Shown here: positions 50,390-63,339 of the stretch, piece by piece
How positions within the stretch are numbered: position 1 is the first letter of the stretch
Layout of the letters: every line of letters starts with the position of its first letter
The notes under the pieces: generated by a model
The model's database searches: none
What the model was told of the DNA's origin: nothing
What the model saw: the letters and a program-made list of their open reading frames with translations, nothing else
Position numbers and translations under genes: made by a program
Assembly (NCBI GenBank): GCA_002269645.1
Contig: NIVC01000303.1
Span: forward strand, 441,819-505,818
Reading direction: 5' to 3'
From: Macrostomum lignano
Lineage: Eukaryota
DNA length: 64,000 bases

Positions 50390-51036
50390 GGAGTGCCTCT
50401 TGTCTCTCATCTTTTCTCTCATCTCTGCACTCTCGTCTCTTTTCTTTTCTCTGTCATTTCTGCCCTCTCGTCTCTAATCTTTTCTCTCTCTCTCTCTCAT
50501 CTCTGCCCTCTCCTCTCTCATCTCTTGCCCTCTCCTCTCTTATCTATTCTCTCTCATGTCTGCCCTCTTCTCTCTTTTCTCTCTCATCTCTGCCCTCTCC
50601 TCTCATCTCTTGCCCTCTCTCTCATCTTTTCTCTCTCTCATCTCTGCCCTCTCCTCTCTCATCTCTGCCCTCACCTCTCTCCTCTCCTTTCTCCTCATGT
50701 CTATCCTCTCCTCTCTTCTCACCTCTTTGCTATCATCTCCCTTTTCCTCTTCATTCTCTTCTCCCTTCCCTCCTTTCTCCTCTCCATTAATCTCCCTTCT
50801 CCTCTCTCTCCGCTCGTATATAATCTCTCCTCTCATCAACTCTCTTCTCCTTTATTCCTTCGCCTCTCCTTTATCCTATGCTTGTATTTCTCTTCTCTAT
50901 TCCTTACCCTCTCTCCTCACCTCTGGCCCGCTCTGTCATCAGGACTCCTCGCTTCGCTTTGGGGGCCAACGAAGCGGACTAGAAGGGCAGTCATGAGCTG
51001 GGTTCTCAATCGAGGTAAAAAGTTTGCCAACCCCTG
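50390..51036 (-). mobile_element. hAT-like MITE end attached to a ~550 bp CT/GA tract
   Basis: The minus strand reads CAGGGGTTGGCAAACTTTTT..GAGAACCCAGCTCATGACTGC..GCGGGCCAGA and then a purine tract. It is homologous to 58609-58680 and 5911-5937. Confidence 0.7.
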
Positions 51037-51119
51037 CACTAAAAGCACCTGGCTTAGTCACATTAGATAAAACTACATGTATAGTGGAATGGGATTGAGA
51101 ACAATGTGAACTAGCCTCT

Positions 51120-51390
51120 CTACTCTCAACCTCTCTATTCTCAGCCTCTCCACTGTCAGCCTCTATCTACTCTCAGCCTCTATCCACTCTCAACCTCTAT
51201 CCCCAGCCCCTCTCTACTCTCAGCCCCTCTCTGCTCTCAGCCCCTCTCTGCTCTCAGCCCCTCTCTGCTCTCAGCCCCTCTCTGCTCTCAGCCCCTCTCT
51301 GCTCTCAGCCCCTCTCTGCTCTCAGCCCCTCTCTGCTCTCAGCCTCTCTCTACTCTCAGCCTCTACTTTCATCTTCTCTCTCAGCTCAGC
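51120..51390. repeat. 17-bp minisatellite (CTCTCAGCCCCTCTCTG)
   Basis: A core of about 7 near-perfect units with degenerate flanking units. Confidence 0.9.
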
Positions 51391-53757
51391 TTATATCTAG
51401 TTCTAAAATCTGAAGTCATACTCAAACAAAAACTTGTCTTTCGAAACATGTATCGGCAAAATCTCTGGCCTCCTGTCTCTCTCTATGTCCCTCGGATCCT
51501 TTGAAACTCTATCTTCTCTTTTGTTTCCTCTCTCTTCTCTCTCTCTCTCTCTCTCTTCTCTTCTTTCCTATCTCCTCTCTTCCATCTTCTCTCGTCGATC
51601 TTCCCTCACCTTTCTTCTCTTTCATCTTTGCTCTCTCTTTGCTCTTTGCTAAGAGCCAAAGACTATTCTAAAAAAATCACTGGAAGGAGCATGGAGGCCT
51701 TGGAGCCCCATGTGTGAAGGCCGTGTCATGCCATTAAAGATTATAGGACTGAGAAAATTTATTTATTAGGAGTTAGTCTCCCGTTCGACCCCCGCTGAGT
51801 GGCAGAATGGTAGTCAGCCCGTGATTGCTTAATCCCCTCCCAATTAGCGTATTGAAAGATTGCTCGTGTTGCCCCGTTGGATACCGCTTTTCGCTTATTT
51901 ACGCGCTTTCCATCATATTCAAACTCTGTTGTGACTCCGTTCTCATGTGGCGATGTTTACATATCTAGGATTTGAGCTCGAACTTTGAGCTCAAATTTGA
52001 GCTCGTACAGTATGTGTTTATTCCCTATAAGTCAATATTATCTTTGAAACCGGAAAAATTTCTATGGGTCTGCCCCGCAGGAGGTCCTGCCCCGCTGTTT
52101 AAAATTTTGTAGGAACAATGGAAGTCTGGGACTGTTAAAATTAGCACATTTCAGTTTGATTTCTCGTGTTTGTTCGCACCTTGTAGGTCAGTTATCAATT
52201 CTCTCTCCTCTATCATCTCGACCCTCTCTCCTATTATTTATTTCCTGTCTTATCTCCTCTCTCTCATCTCTCATCTGTACTCTCCTTTAACATCTCTCCT
52301 CTTTTTTCCCAACTCTCCCAACTCTTCTCTCAACTTTCTCCCCTTTACTCTTTCACCTCCCCTCTCTACTCTCCTCCCTCTCATCTCTCCTGCTCTCCCA
52401 TCTCCCTTCTCCTTTCTACTCTCTCCCTTCTCCATTCTTCTATTTCCTCTCATCTCTCTTCTCTCCCTTCCCCTCTCTTCCTGTCCTCTCGATTCTCCCC
52501 CTTTATTCTCCTTTCTCCTTCACTCCACTTCTCTCCCATTGTCTCTCATGTCTGCTCTCACATATTTCTCTTCTCTCTCCACTCGTCTCTATAATCTCTT
52601 CCCTCTCCTCTCTCCTCTGTTCTAGCTCTACTGTCTCATTTCTCGCCTCTGCTTTCTCATCTCTCCTTTCTCCTCTTTAATCTCTCCTATCTGATCTCTT
52701 CTCTCTTCTGTTTGTATCAGACTTGTGTCTGTACATGTATTTAGAGGTTCGGCTTAATTTGACGAGATTTCAGAATTGTCAGACTTTGATTGAAGCCTTG
52801 CGTCTCTTGGGTATCAGTACTTGCTGAAAAATACATGCATCTCATATCTGTGCAAATTTGCCGCAGTGCATAAAGAGTACAAATGATATTTACATAAATA
52901 AATCTGAGGCTTCATGCTAAGTGCTGCATGCAGATTCACTATATTGAGTTATTTATTTACGAGCCAAATTGTTATCATGGTTACCAACCATAGCAGTTGG
53001 CTAAAAATGTTAAAACTGAAAAAAGATTGCAACGAAAAATAACGATATGGCTGATTTGAGGTGAGCTGTTTTATATAGATAGATTTTTATCTCCACGCAA
53101 GCCAGTCAGTTATTTAGACTATTTATGACTTCCAATCGTATCGTATCAGTTGTCGTATCGTACAGGCCACAATTGAAAAAAAAGTTGCTCTAGGGTTCGC
53201 TTGAGTGTAACGATCCGTGACCATAAATTAAGTCTTTGCTCATTCAAGCTTGAATTGAAAGCAACCCCGCCTACCTTTTGTATTCAACTTAAACAAATTA
53301 ATACGGCTCGTATGTGAACTCAATAGAAGTGGAAATCAAAAATAAAAACACTGCATCAGTTGCCACCCATTCACGATACTTCATATTATTTCTAGATACC
53401 AACGGATTGACAACAGTTTGTAGCAATGAATAAATTGTTTTTCTATGAAATCTTTCATCAGGCCTAGCTGTTCTGCGAATGTGGGTGCAAAAGGTATCTC
53501 ATATCTGCATTTTAATAGCTCGTATACGTAGCTCATTTAATATCATGCATAATGATGGGGATGATGGGATGATGATGAATTACGGAGGCAGAAGTGCACT
53601 GAGTCACACATACATGCAGTGACTAGCCCAAGTAAAGGCTGTTTGCTCTGTAAGTGCGACGCAATGAACCCCCCCATCCCAAATTTGAGCGTAAAACAAA
53701 GTGTAATATCTGGCAAGAAATGTGCACGGTGATTCTTAAATATGCTCTAGGGCTATA

Positions 53758-54190
53758 TTGGGTGCAGCAACTAAGTAAGTGCGGATTTTTTGGCTTTTTT
53801 AACTCGTTATGATCTGAAATGGCAATAAGGTACGGGTGGCATGGATAGATGACAAAGTTCAAGCAAATTATAGCAATGGGTGCAGTATAAATAAGTAAGT
53901 GCGGATTTTTTTGGCTTTTTTAACTCGTTATGATCTGAAATGGCAATAAGGTACGGGTGGCATGGATAGATGACAAAGTTCAAGCAAATTATAGCAATGG
54001 GTGCAGTATAAATAAGTAAGTGCGGATTTTTTTGGCTTTTTTAACTCGTTATGATCTGAAATGGCAATAAGGTACAGGTGGCATGGATAGATGACAAAGT
54101 TCAAGCAAATTATAGCAATGGGTGCAGTACAAATAAGTAAGTGCGGATTTTTTTGGCTTTTCTAACTCGTTATGATCTGAAATGGCAATA
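53758..54190. repeat. ~120-bp tandem repeat, ~3.6 copies
   Basis: GGGTGCAG starts recur at 53760, 53878, 53999 and 54120. Confidence 0.95.
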
Positions 54191-54225
54191 GATTTGGGCG
54201 GGCGGCTTGGGTAGTTGATGAGTTT

Positions 54226-54618
54226 TTAAGCCTCCTCGTCTGCAGGCTGCTGTACCTGCCAGACAGGCTGAGTGTGCAGATGGCTGCAGGCCCTTAGAAA
54301 AGCCGCAATTGAAAGTGTACTTTCTCTAAGATGTCTGCAATGCATCTCGAAGGCAGCATTCACTCGTGCATACCTGGCATGCACCTGCTGGTGATGAGTA
54401 ACAGCCTGGCCCCCGTGAACTTGCTGCTGTAGCCGTCGCACCCGTTCAGCATCACGCTCTAGCAGGTCCAGCAGAAGGTAGAAGTTCAGCGGTTTCTGTC
54501 CACGCTTGTTGAGTTGACCATGCCAGGCTTCTACGTCGTTGTTGGTCTTCTTGTACTGCTCGAAGACGCAGATAGCATCACGGTCCCAGACGGGATGCTG
54601 CAGCCAGGTAGTGCGCAC
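54226..54618 (-). pseudogene. MULE transposase C-terminal fragment
   Basis: KTNNDVEAWHGQLNK..LNFYLLLDLLERDA matches the RTNNxxEGWHxxLN motif. Confidence 0.8.
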
Positions 54619-57600
54619 ATACTCGGCTAGCTGTAGGAGTAGCTCATTACCTATTGCCAGTTGAATGCAGTTGAATGCAGATTTGTTTAATACGAAATAT
54701 GTTTACACCTCTTAGGGGCCTACTATAAGTAGGAAATTAAGACTCGTAACCATTTTTGTCTTTAGCCCTGCAATAAACTAATAAAATTTTGACTGCCTGT
54801 CTAAACCCCCCCATTGCAACCCCACATCTCCCCACCCGAAGCTATCCAATAGTAAACCAGCTGTCATTTTCCGTGACCCCCACCCCAGCTGTGGCCATCT
54901 TGGTGTGTGGCCATCTTGGTCTTACACCTAGGAAATATAATGAAGGTCCTATGAGTGCTAATTTAGGCCTGCCCTATGCATGCAAAAGATGAATTTGAAT
55001 TTGAAAAAAGACTAGGTTTCTTCGCCATTTATAGTAGGCCTAATCTAATCTAGTCAATTTTGCAAAAGACCAAGTATGATAGGCATAACTATTGTTGTTA
55101 ATTAATACAAATTCATCTCTTGAATATTGTTAAATTGAGAGTGATTGACAAGGATAGAAAATAGAAAGTGATTGCATTTAAAGAATAGGCCTATTTGGCA
55201 CCTATGCTCGGGCTAGGCCTAGTAGGCTAGTATGTGATTAGGCTGACAGGTCTACTAGCCAAGACTTAGAAATAAATCCCGGAACATAAGAATAGGGCCC
55301 TAGGAATAGGAATAGGCGTATAGGCCTACTATATCTATATGAAAAAGCAGCATCTAGACTATCTAATACATAAGATCTAAGGCATGATAAACAGACATTA
55401 TATGATATATCTAGGTCTAGTTTTTAAAGAAAAGAGATCTAACCAAAGACTAACCAGCAACACAGCCGGACATAATTTGCTTCTTAGAAAAACCGTCTTC
55501 GAGATTCCCAGAAACATAATCATAAGGGCTTTCTAAGAAAAAAGCAGTAGTATATAACAACTTCGTTAACCCTAAAGAAGGTTTTAATTTCAGAATTCGT
55601 AAAAAAAATGACTTCGTGTTTCTACGAAGTCGAATTTTTCTGCCTCTGAATTAGGAGCGTTAATGATATGCTTCACAAAATAGCTCTATAGTCCTGGAAT
55701 CAAAATTGACTATGTGAAATTAAGCCCAAACCATGTGGAATCTGGAATGCGTCTTTAGACAGATAAAGGCTTCAAATATTTATACCTAGCAGGATCGCAG
55801 TACGATGCTGAGCAGTCAACTACTGCTCCGTGAAAAGCAACAGCCCCTTCACGCCGGCGGGAAGAACGTAAAAAGTAGCAAAATTATGCATGGCTGGATG
55901 CACCATCGGCCCTTACAGCCCAAGGACCAAACCGACCGCACCGAATCGGACAGCGGAACCGTAGCTGCATATGTACCGTGCACAGGCTACAGACCACACG
56001 GCAAGCAAAGGCCCCAAACCATGACATTTCGCAGTAAAACCCAGCAGTTGTACAGCTGTCTACACGTGCAGCTGGCTGTACGGGGTTGTACGATTTGCTG
56101 TACGGGAAATTATGTAGACGCGATCCTTGGCCTTATTAGACACACAGACGAAATAATGTACAGATCTAGACACGCCAGACGACGTTTCTGACGTCTATAC
56201 ATGTTATTGATGTCGCTGACTAATGATGAGAAATTTTGCATTACGAGCTTGGCCAACGAATAAACCCAGCTGGGAAACGTATAACGTTTAATGGTCGAAA
56301 CTATAGCGGCCATTTATGCTCCCTGCAAAAGCGGCGTGCATGTACCTGGGCGTAGTCAAGCTAAGAGGGATAGCTAGGGGAGCAAATTTGGCATGTCGCC
56401 CCCTCGCCCAGGAAGATGGCCCTAATCGGCCTGCCAACGTACATAGTGAGTCCGCGGCCGGTCATCTTTATAGTTTTATTGGACCGTTAGAAGGCTGCCA
56501 TGCCAGGAACATTGGTGACTCTTTCAAGGTTCCATAGCCGTTTGGACTCGCAAAACTGTTGTCAAACTGGATCAAGGCTCCATGCAGCTCGCGAATTTCA
56601 GCAGCTTGATCTCCCTCCTTTTGCTGCAGTCCACCACTTGGTGTCCGTTCTTACAGCAAACAGCACAGCTTCTCCTTTTGTAAGCTTCATCTTTCTCTAG
56701 AACAGATAGCAACAAAAGAGCAGCTGTGCCCATTCCGACATACCGTAAATTATGGAATGCTCTACCTGCAGTTATCTTTTTTCGAGAGCCTGGTGCGGTC
56801 TGAAAAACTACTTTTTGTCAGTTTTTAATTTAGACTTCTCTTTTCCTTGTCTTGTCAATTTCATCTTTCATCTGCATCCATGCTCTCTCCCTTATTCGTC
56901 CTGCTTCACTTCCTTTCCCCTTTTTCTCTTGATATATTGCTAGGAGTACGAGGAGTTGCATTAGCACAATAATATTTCAAGCGTATATAAGAATATCAGC
57001 ATACTTTTTCATGTCATATCACCAGATGTCAAGGTACGGCTGGTACGCTCGCATTCGGCGGCCACCTGACATGCAGATGGGTCAAGGATCGAAGCAAGAG
57101 ACTGGTGATTTTTTCTCATTTTTTTTTCTGACAACAAATGATCTATCAGTTTTCGGCCTGTTGTTCGCATGAATCTACATGTACAAATGTAGATGTTGGT
57201 CCTAATCTTCTGTGAATTTTCCCATTGCTTTCAACTTCATCACTGATCTATTGTGTATATTTTAATACTGATTTTGGACTTGGCAGTGCTGAAACTCATA
57301 AATCATTTTTATTAAAATTGGATGATTTATGGCCACACCTGTTTATCGCTTTTTGAGGGTTCCAAGAGACCTGATGTGATCTCTCAGCTTTTCGTGGGTT
57401 TTGTTTAGCAACTAGCTGCTCGGCCAATCAGAAAATTGGGTGTGCATTTTAACAAATTGGCTCAGCCAATCAGAATCGCCGTGTTTAACTAAAACAAATC
57501 GCGGACCAGTTGTTTCCTATTTAAACCGCTGATTTTACTCGCTCGGAACTACTCACAATCTTCTGCTTGAAAAGACTGCCCTGGGAACTCCATGTCGCCC

Positions 57601-58608
57601 TCTCCAACTGTCAGAATGATTGTCCGCGGCGCCAAAATGAGTGTTTGCCTGCAATTCTCAAAATAATGTGCATGTAGGAATCTGTCACATACATGTAGAA
57701 TTCATCCCCACAATACTTGTAAAACCCATGGCGACACCCCTGAAGTCTTGTGATTTTTTGTGTGGTCCGTTTTCAGTAAGAATGATTGGGCATTGCACTT
57801 TACTTGATTGCTTTTTATGTACTCAAATTTTCGAGGCAGAAAACCAGCGTCTACTACTACAAATAGCTTTTTCGCCCATGAATCAGTTCAAGTACTGAAT
57901 GGCCATATAGTAATCAGTCGATCGATCAATAATCTATATAATTTTGAATCAGAATTCAAGTCAGTCATGTACGAGCGTACTTTAGTGCTGACTCAGGTGG
58001 CATCGTGGTTGATTTTTTATGCACTAAAATTGCCACGGGGTCAGAGCTTGCGATTCCCGCCCGTTCGTGTCAATCAACTCCCAAGGCGTAGGTCGTGTGC
58101 ACATGCCTTCCGATAGGCCAAGGCCGCTGTACATAGCTGTGCGTGTGTGTGTGCTTGAGGTTCAACCCATTCAGATGGGTTCGGCCTTCTTAAGCCCTTG
58201 ATCGGAGGCTTGTCCGGTCTCAAAGCTTAAAAAATCAACCACTGAATGCTTCTGGCCTCCCTCATAGATGTGGCGAGCTTCATCAATAAAAGTAGACTTT
58301 ACGCCTTACTGTTTCTCTTCCATCTGAAATTATTTTAGGAAATGGTTTTAGTAGAACTTTCGAGGGAAATTGCTTTCAAAACCATGAATTCTACGTCAAA
58401 GTGGTTTCTGACGCTGGCATGCAGCTCGTAGCTAATTAATTCTTCACGTGATCAACTATACAAGCAAAATATTGACGGGAACAATTGCTACTATAAGTAG
58501 ACAGATACATGTAGGAAAAGATAGATGCAATCCTCAACATTCTGTTGAATGGATTAAAAATCGCTGTAAGTTGGCCAATACGAACAGCCCAGGCCTTGAT
58601 CGGCTTAT

Positions 58609-59125
58609 CAGGGGACCACAAACTTTTTTAACTAAAGGTCCAGATAGAGAATCCAGTTCATGGCTGCGGGCCAGATGAGAGTGGAATGGAGAGGAAAGGG
58701 AAGATGAGAGAAGAGATGAAAGAAGAGAGAAGAGGCGAAAGATGGCTTAAAGAAAGAGATAGTAGAAAAGATAAGAGGAGAGAAGAGGAGAGAGAGAGGA
58801 GATGGGGGGAGAGGACAGAGGTGGGGAGAGAGAAGAGAGAGAGGAGAGAGAGGAGATGGGGAGAGAGGAGAGAGAAGAGAGGAGGGAGAATAGAAGATAG
58901 GGGGAGAGAGGAGAGAGAGGGGAGACGGGTAGTGAAGAGAGAGAGAAGAAGAGGGAGCGGGGGATAGAGAAGAGAAGAGAGGGGAAAGATGAGAGAAATC
59001 GGAGAGGGAGGGACGAGGAGAGAAGAAGAGAGCTGAGAAGAGACGCAAACTTTGAGCGGCCCGGATTGCTATTGTGAAGTTTCGAAGGACCCGAGGGCCG
59101 GATAGACAGGCTTTGCAGGCAGCAT
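58609..59125 (+). mobile_element. hAT-like MITE enclosing a ~360 bp GA-rich tract
   Basis: CAGGGGACCACAAACTTTTTT..GAGAATCCAGTTCATGGCTGCGGGCCAGA, then the GA tract, then GTTTCGAAGGACCCGAGGG. The latter resembles 51465-51490 inverted. The right terminus is not resolved. Confidence 0.65.
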
Positions 59126-60388
59126 TTTTAAACTATGAGAGGTCTCAACTGCCAACCTGAATCTCTATTTATTCTATTTATTCTCTTAAGTTGAGCTGAA
59201 TTTTCCCACTATAATTTCACTTGCGTGTATATATTAACCACAGCCAACTCTGCAAGTTGCAGAGACTCCCTAGTGGATGGATTGATGTAGACTAGATTTA
59301 AAGAATACTTGATTATTTTCGTAAAATATCCCATCTACACACGAGTCAATATGATTTCAAAGAAAGTTATGAATCGATTTCCTTTCTTACTTAACACTAT
59401 ACTTGAATGCTTCACGCGCTGTCATGGACCAATGAAACTGCTCTACTCAACCCTGTCAACTGCTTAAGAAAAATGTAGACACACTGCATATGGACTTGCA
59501 GTGGTATAGAGTGAGGGTAGAGGCAGAAAGAGAGAGTTGACTTAGCTAGTCTTGGAAAGAAAGCAGTAGCTGCCAACAAGCTGTTGTTCCCAGAGCGTTT
59601 GCTTCAGCGACAGCTGGCAATGGCCTCTGCATCCCAACTGTACCCCCGATTGTTAAATGTACATTTACTCGTATGCATGAATTGGCACAGCCGGGAGGGA
59701 AAGGAAAAATCAATATATCTCTATTTTAACCTCCTAAGCATTTCACTGTACATACAATGTCGCTAGTTTGAATTTCAATCTTTTACGCCGCTTATCAACG
59801 AAATTATTCCACAAATTTTCTGAATTTGCAAAAGCACTGAATTCAATCCTTCGTAGGGACGCGCGACTCTTTCCTGAGATTTATAGTAGCAATAATAGTA
59901 ACAGCAGAAAATCCCATTTCCCATAGGGCAGGATTTGTGAAAAGATAAATTGCAATACGGCTTATACTCCCTGAGTGGATCCTGGGTTTTATTGTAGTCA
60001 CCGCAGTGAAAAATATTGTGCGTGTGTGTTTTTGCCCAAATTCTGGCTGATTCCTGTGTTAGCACGGGTGTGCGGGAGCTGCCGCCCGTGCACCCACAGA
60101 CAGCCAATCAATTGCTCTGGCCGCGGTTCCATGAGCAAGAGAGTGAGTATTTAGCTCAGCACTTAAAGTGTAGGAGAGGCTGTTGGAGAGTTCTGCTCCT
60201 GCTACTGCAGAGTTTCATTTCCTAGCGGGTCAACCCGTTTCTGCCAGGGAGTTTTTTGGGAACATAACACGCCAAGCTTAGAGACACGTTATTTTGCCTG
60301 TTCCTGTGGCCTTGCACTCGTGACGTAAAGTACACTATACTGCGAACACCGAGTAGGTAAGATTGTCGGGTTGACTTCACGGGGAAGA

Positions 60389-60533
60389 AGATCCCCATTC
60401 ACCCTGCTTCCCCCTCCATCAGATCCCCATTCTCCCTGCATCCCCCTCCATCAGATCCCCATTCTCCCTGCATCCCCCTCCATCAGATCCCCATTCTCCC
60501 TGCATCCCCTTCCATCAGATCCCATTCTCCCTC
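60389..60533. repeat. 32-bp tandem repeat, ~4.5 copies
   Basis: AGATCCCCATTCTCCCTGCATCCCCCTCCATC. Confidence 0.9.
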
Positions 60534-60653
60534 ATGCTCACCATCTCCTACTTGTGATTGGCTGCTGGCATTCACGCACACCTATATTTCACTCGAGCAT
60601 TATGTGCATTGTAAAATTCAGAAGCAAAAATACGGATTGGATTTAATCTAAAA

Positions 60654-61064
60654 GGCGCCAAGCACCAGGGGTGCCAAGCACCAGGGGCGCCAAGCACCAG
60701 GGGCGCCAAGCACCAGGGGCGCCAAGCACCAGGGGCGCCAAGCACCAGGGGCGCCAAGCACCAGGGGCGCCAAGCACCAGGGGCGCCAAGCACCAGGGGC
60801 GCCAAGCACCAGGGGCGCCAAGCACCAGGGGCGCCAAGCACCAGGGGCGCCAAGCACCAGGGGCGCCAAGCACCAGGGGCGCCAAGCACCAGGGGCGCCA
60901 AGCACCAGGGGCGCCAAGCACCAGGGGCGCCAAGCACCAGGGGCGCCAAGCACCAGGGGCGCCAAGCACCAGGGGCGCCAAGCACCAGGGGCGCCAAGCA
61001 CCAGGGGCGCCAAGCACCAGGGGCGCCAAGCTCCAGGGGCGCCAAGCACCAGGGGCGCCAAGCC
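60654..61064. repeat. 16-bp GC-rich minisatellite, ~25 copies
   Basis: Unit GGCGCCAAGCACCAGG, with only two variant units. Confidence 0.97.
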
Positions 61065-61164
61065 AATTAACTTTTAGAGAAGCTACTGTTCGGAGTTGCA
61101 TGTATCTTTGAAAATCATCCAAATAAATCTACAGGCTGAATACAGTTCTGTCTCTCTCAGCTCA

Positions 61165-62571
61165 ATGTCGGAAACCAACAATGATCACCACGGCGATGGC
61201 GGCGGCGGCGGCGGCGGCGGCGGGCCTCGTTGCGGTGGCCAGGGCCCGGTGCGCTTAAACTCGGTAGCTCGCGATGCCATCACCAGTCAGCTGACCGAGG
61301 AGCAGGTTGCCGAGTTCAAGGAGGCCTTCGCCCTATTCGACAGAGACGGCAGCGGCTCCATCACCGTCAGAGAGCTGGAGGTCATCATGCGCTCGCTTGG
61401 TCAGAATCCGAGCGAACAGGAGCTCGCTGTGAGTATCCAGTGACTCATCTGCTTACCTGGTGTGCTGGTTGCGAATAATTAGAATTTGCCGAGTCACAGG
61501 GCCATACCTGAAGATAAAAAAACTGGGCCTCTGCACACCCTGTGCGAATCACTGGCCAGGCCCCAAATCGCCCCAAATAAAAATTTCGCTCCTCCAAAAA
61601 CTATGTGAAACAATTGCAAGCTCGGGGAATGAAAGTAGCTTGACTTTGCCACTTCATGGACGTGACATCCGCCGGCTTGAAGACAGTGGTTGGGGCACCC
61701 ACCAAAAGACACGGGCGCCAACCAAGAGACAAGGGCGCCAACCAAGAGACAGGGACGCCCACTAAGAGACAAGGGCGCCAACCAAGAGACGGGGGTGCCC
61801 ACTAAGAGACAAGGGTGCCAACCAAGAGACAGGGGCGCCCACTAAGAGACAAGGGTGCCAACCAACAGACGGGGTGCCAACCAAGAGACAGGGGCGCACA
61901 CGAAGAGACAAGGGTGCCAACCAACAGACGGGGTGCCAACCAAGAGACAGGGGCACACACGAAGAGACCAAATATTTGCATCCTTTAGGGGTGCGGCCGT
62001 CTAATTAAAATGTCTGCGAACGCCACTGGTGTGAGCGTGTGCCGTGCCTGCGTACAGTACTGGCGCGCTTGTATGCGCTCATTAGGAGTCAGCGGAATGG
62101 ACAAAACTGCCTCAGCGTTTGTTGTGGGACGATGTCGTGGTGCCACGGGGTGCCCCACAGCCCTTCTGCGAATGTTTACACTTATCTCGTGTACTGATAA
62201 CGTGTGCGCACACTTCTACGTTCTTATTTTAACATCCAAAAGACGCTGCGAATTGCCAACAGGAGATGATTCAAAGCGTAGACATCGACGGGAACGGTGA
62301 GATTGACTTCCCCGAGTTCATGGCCATGATGGCCGAGAAGCTGCAGGACACCAACTCGGAGCAGGAGATCATCGCAGCATTTCAAGCCTTCGATCGAGAC
62401 GGTAACGGCTATTTGAGCCGCGAAGAACTGCAGGGCATCCTGATGCACTTCGGTGAGAACAGCATGACGGAGGAGGACATCACGGAGATGATCTCGGCGG
62501 CCGATCGCAACGCCGATGGCAAGATCCAGTACGAAGAGTTCGCTCACTTCATTGCCTCCGTCATTCGTTGA
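61165..62571 (+). CDS. Calmodulin-like four-EF-hand protein, 190 aa; join(61165..61428,62263..62571)
   Basis: [14 protein letters not shown] start of the CaM fold. Loops [36 protein letters not shown] and [12 protein letters not shown]. Phase-0 intron GCT|GTGAGT..CAACAG|GAG. Confidence 0.93.
61690..61970. repeat. ~20-bp degenerate intronic tandem array (GGG(C/T)GCCAACCAAGAGACAA)
   Basis: About 13 imperfect units inside the calmodulin-like intron. Confidence 0.88.
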
Positions 62572-63339
62572 TGCTGTCGCGGTGGTAGAGGCTGTATTAA
62601 ATCTTGATGTGTTTTGTGACGGGAATCGATCGATCTATATATTCGGGTACGTTGCTCGACCGAAGGACGTTACTTAGAACGAACGTAGGAAAGTTTACGA
62701 CACAACCTATATATATTCATAGTTAAAGTGATCCTTGGGTTCCGACCTTCCTGCGAGCATAATACAGATGAATTTACACGTACACACGTTATGTTAAGAC
62801 AAGTTAGGATGTTAGGTCGTTATGCACGTAGGCAACCGTTATGATTTGGTTGTTGCAGAATCTCTACATGAAATTTCGCTTCGGGCTTACATGTGATTCG
62901 CTAATGATTACATTTTCTTTACATGCTTCATGACTGACACTACGTGTTACGCTTATAACAATGCTGTCAATCATTTTTATTGATTTTTTTCTGATGAGAC
63001 TCTGAATTCTTTATATGACACAGGTGGATTTGATCTATATTACATGTCGTTTCTTCTCCGTCATGTGTTTAAAGGTAACTTTATGGTTAAAGATTTGCAA
63101 GATTATTCAATATTTTCTTAATCATACAGTTATGCTTAGTATACTTACTTTGATCGATTTTTTTGAATACATGTAAGTATCTTAAAATACAGGCGATTTC
63201 TTGTTGAATAAAATATATGCTCTAAAATTACTTTAACAGTTATTAGTAATATGCACGTAACTTTATGCTAAGTTAGCTGTTAATTTTATTTATTAGTGAC
63301 TTCTATGCTGAAAATGAATTGAACTCTATCTACCCACAC

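Larger units (their letters stand above)
50015..54928 (-). mobile_element. 4.9 kb Mutator-like element (MULE) with TIRs, TSD and a partial transposase
   Basis: 42-bp TIRs (35 bp identical: GACCAAGATGGCCACACACCAAGATGGCCACAGCT). TAGGAAAT on both sides (50007-50014, 54929-54936). A MULE transposase C-terminus lies inside. Confidence 0.8.

Noticed and set aside
50368-52625. Leu/Ser-rich ORFs resembling membrane proteins
   Set aside because: They are translations of CT low-complexity tracts. The same applies to 58632-59048 and 63319-63936.
55400-56700. Possible transposase relic or gene in several 60-130 aa ORFs
   Set aside because: I recognised no motif in any frame, so it is left unannotated.
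57420-57600. Promoter with two CCAAT boxes and a TATTTAAA element
   Set aside because: The motifs are present but I cannot link them to a supported downstream gene.
60572-61122. Repetitive ORFs (LGAPGAWRPWCLAP..)
   Set aside because: All frames are open only because the 16-bp unit has no stop codon.
62990-63060. Hammerhead ribozyme core (CTGATGA)
   Set aside because: There is no properly placed GAAA or supporting stems. Other CTGATGA hits (14683, 17440, 39055) fall inside transposon coding sequence.
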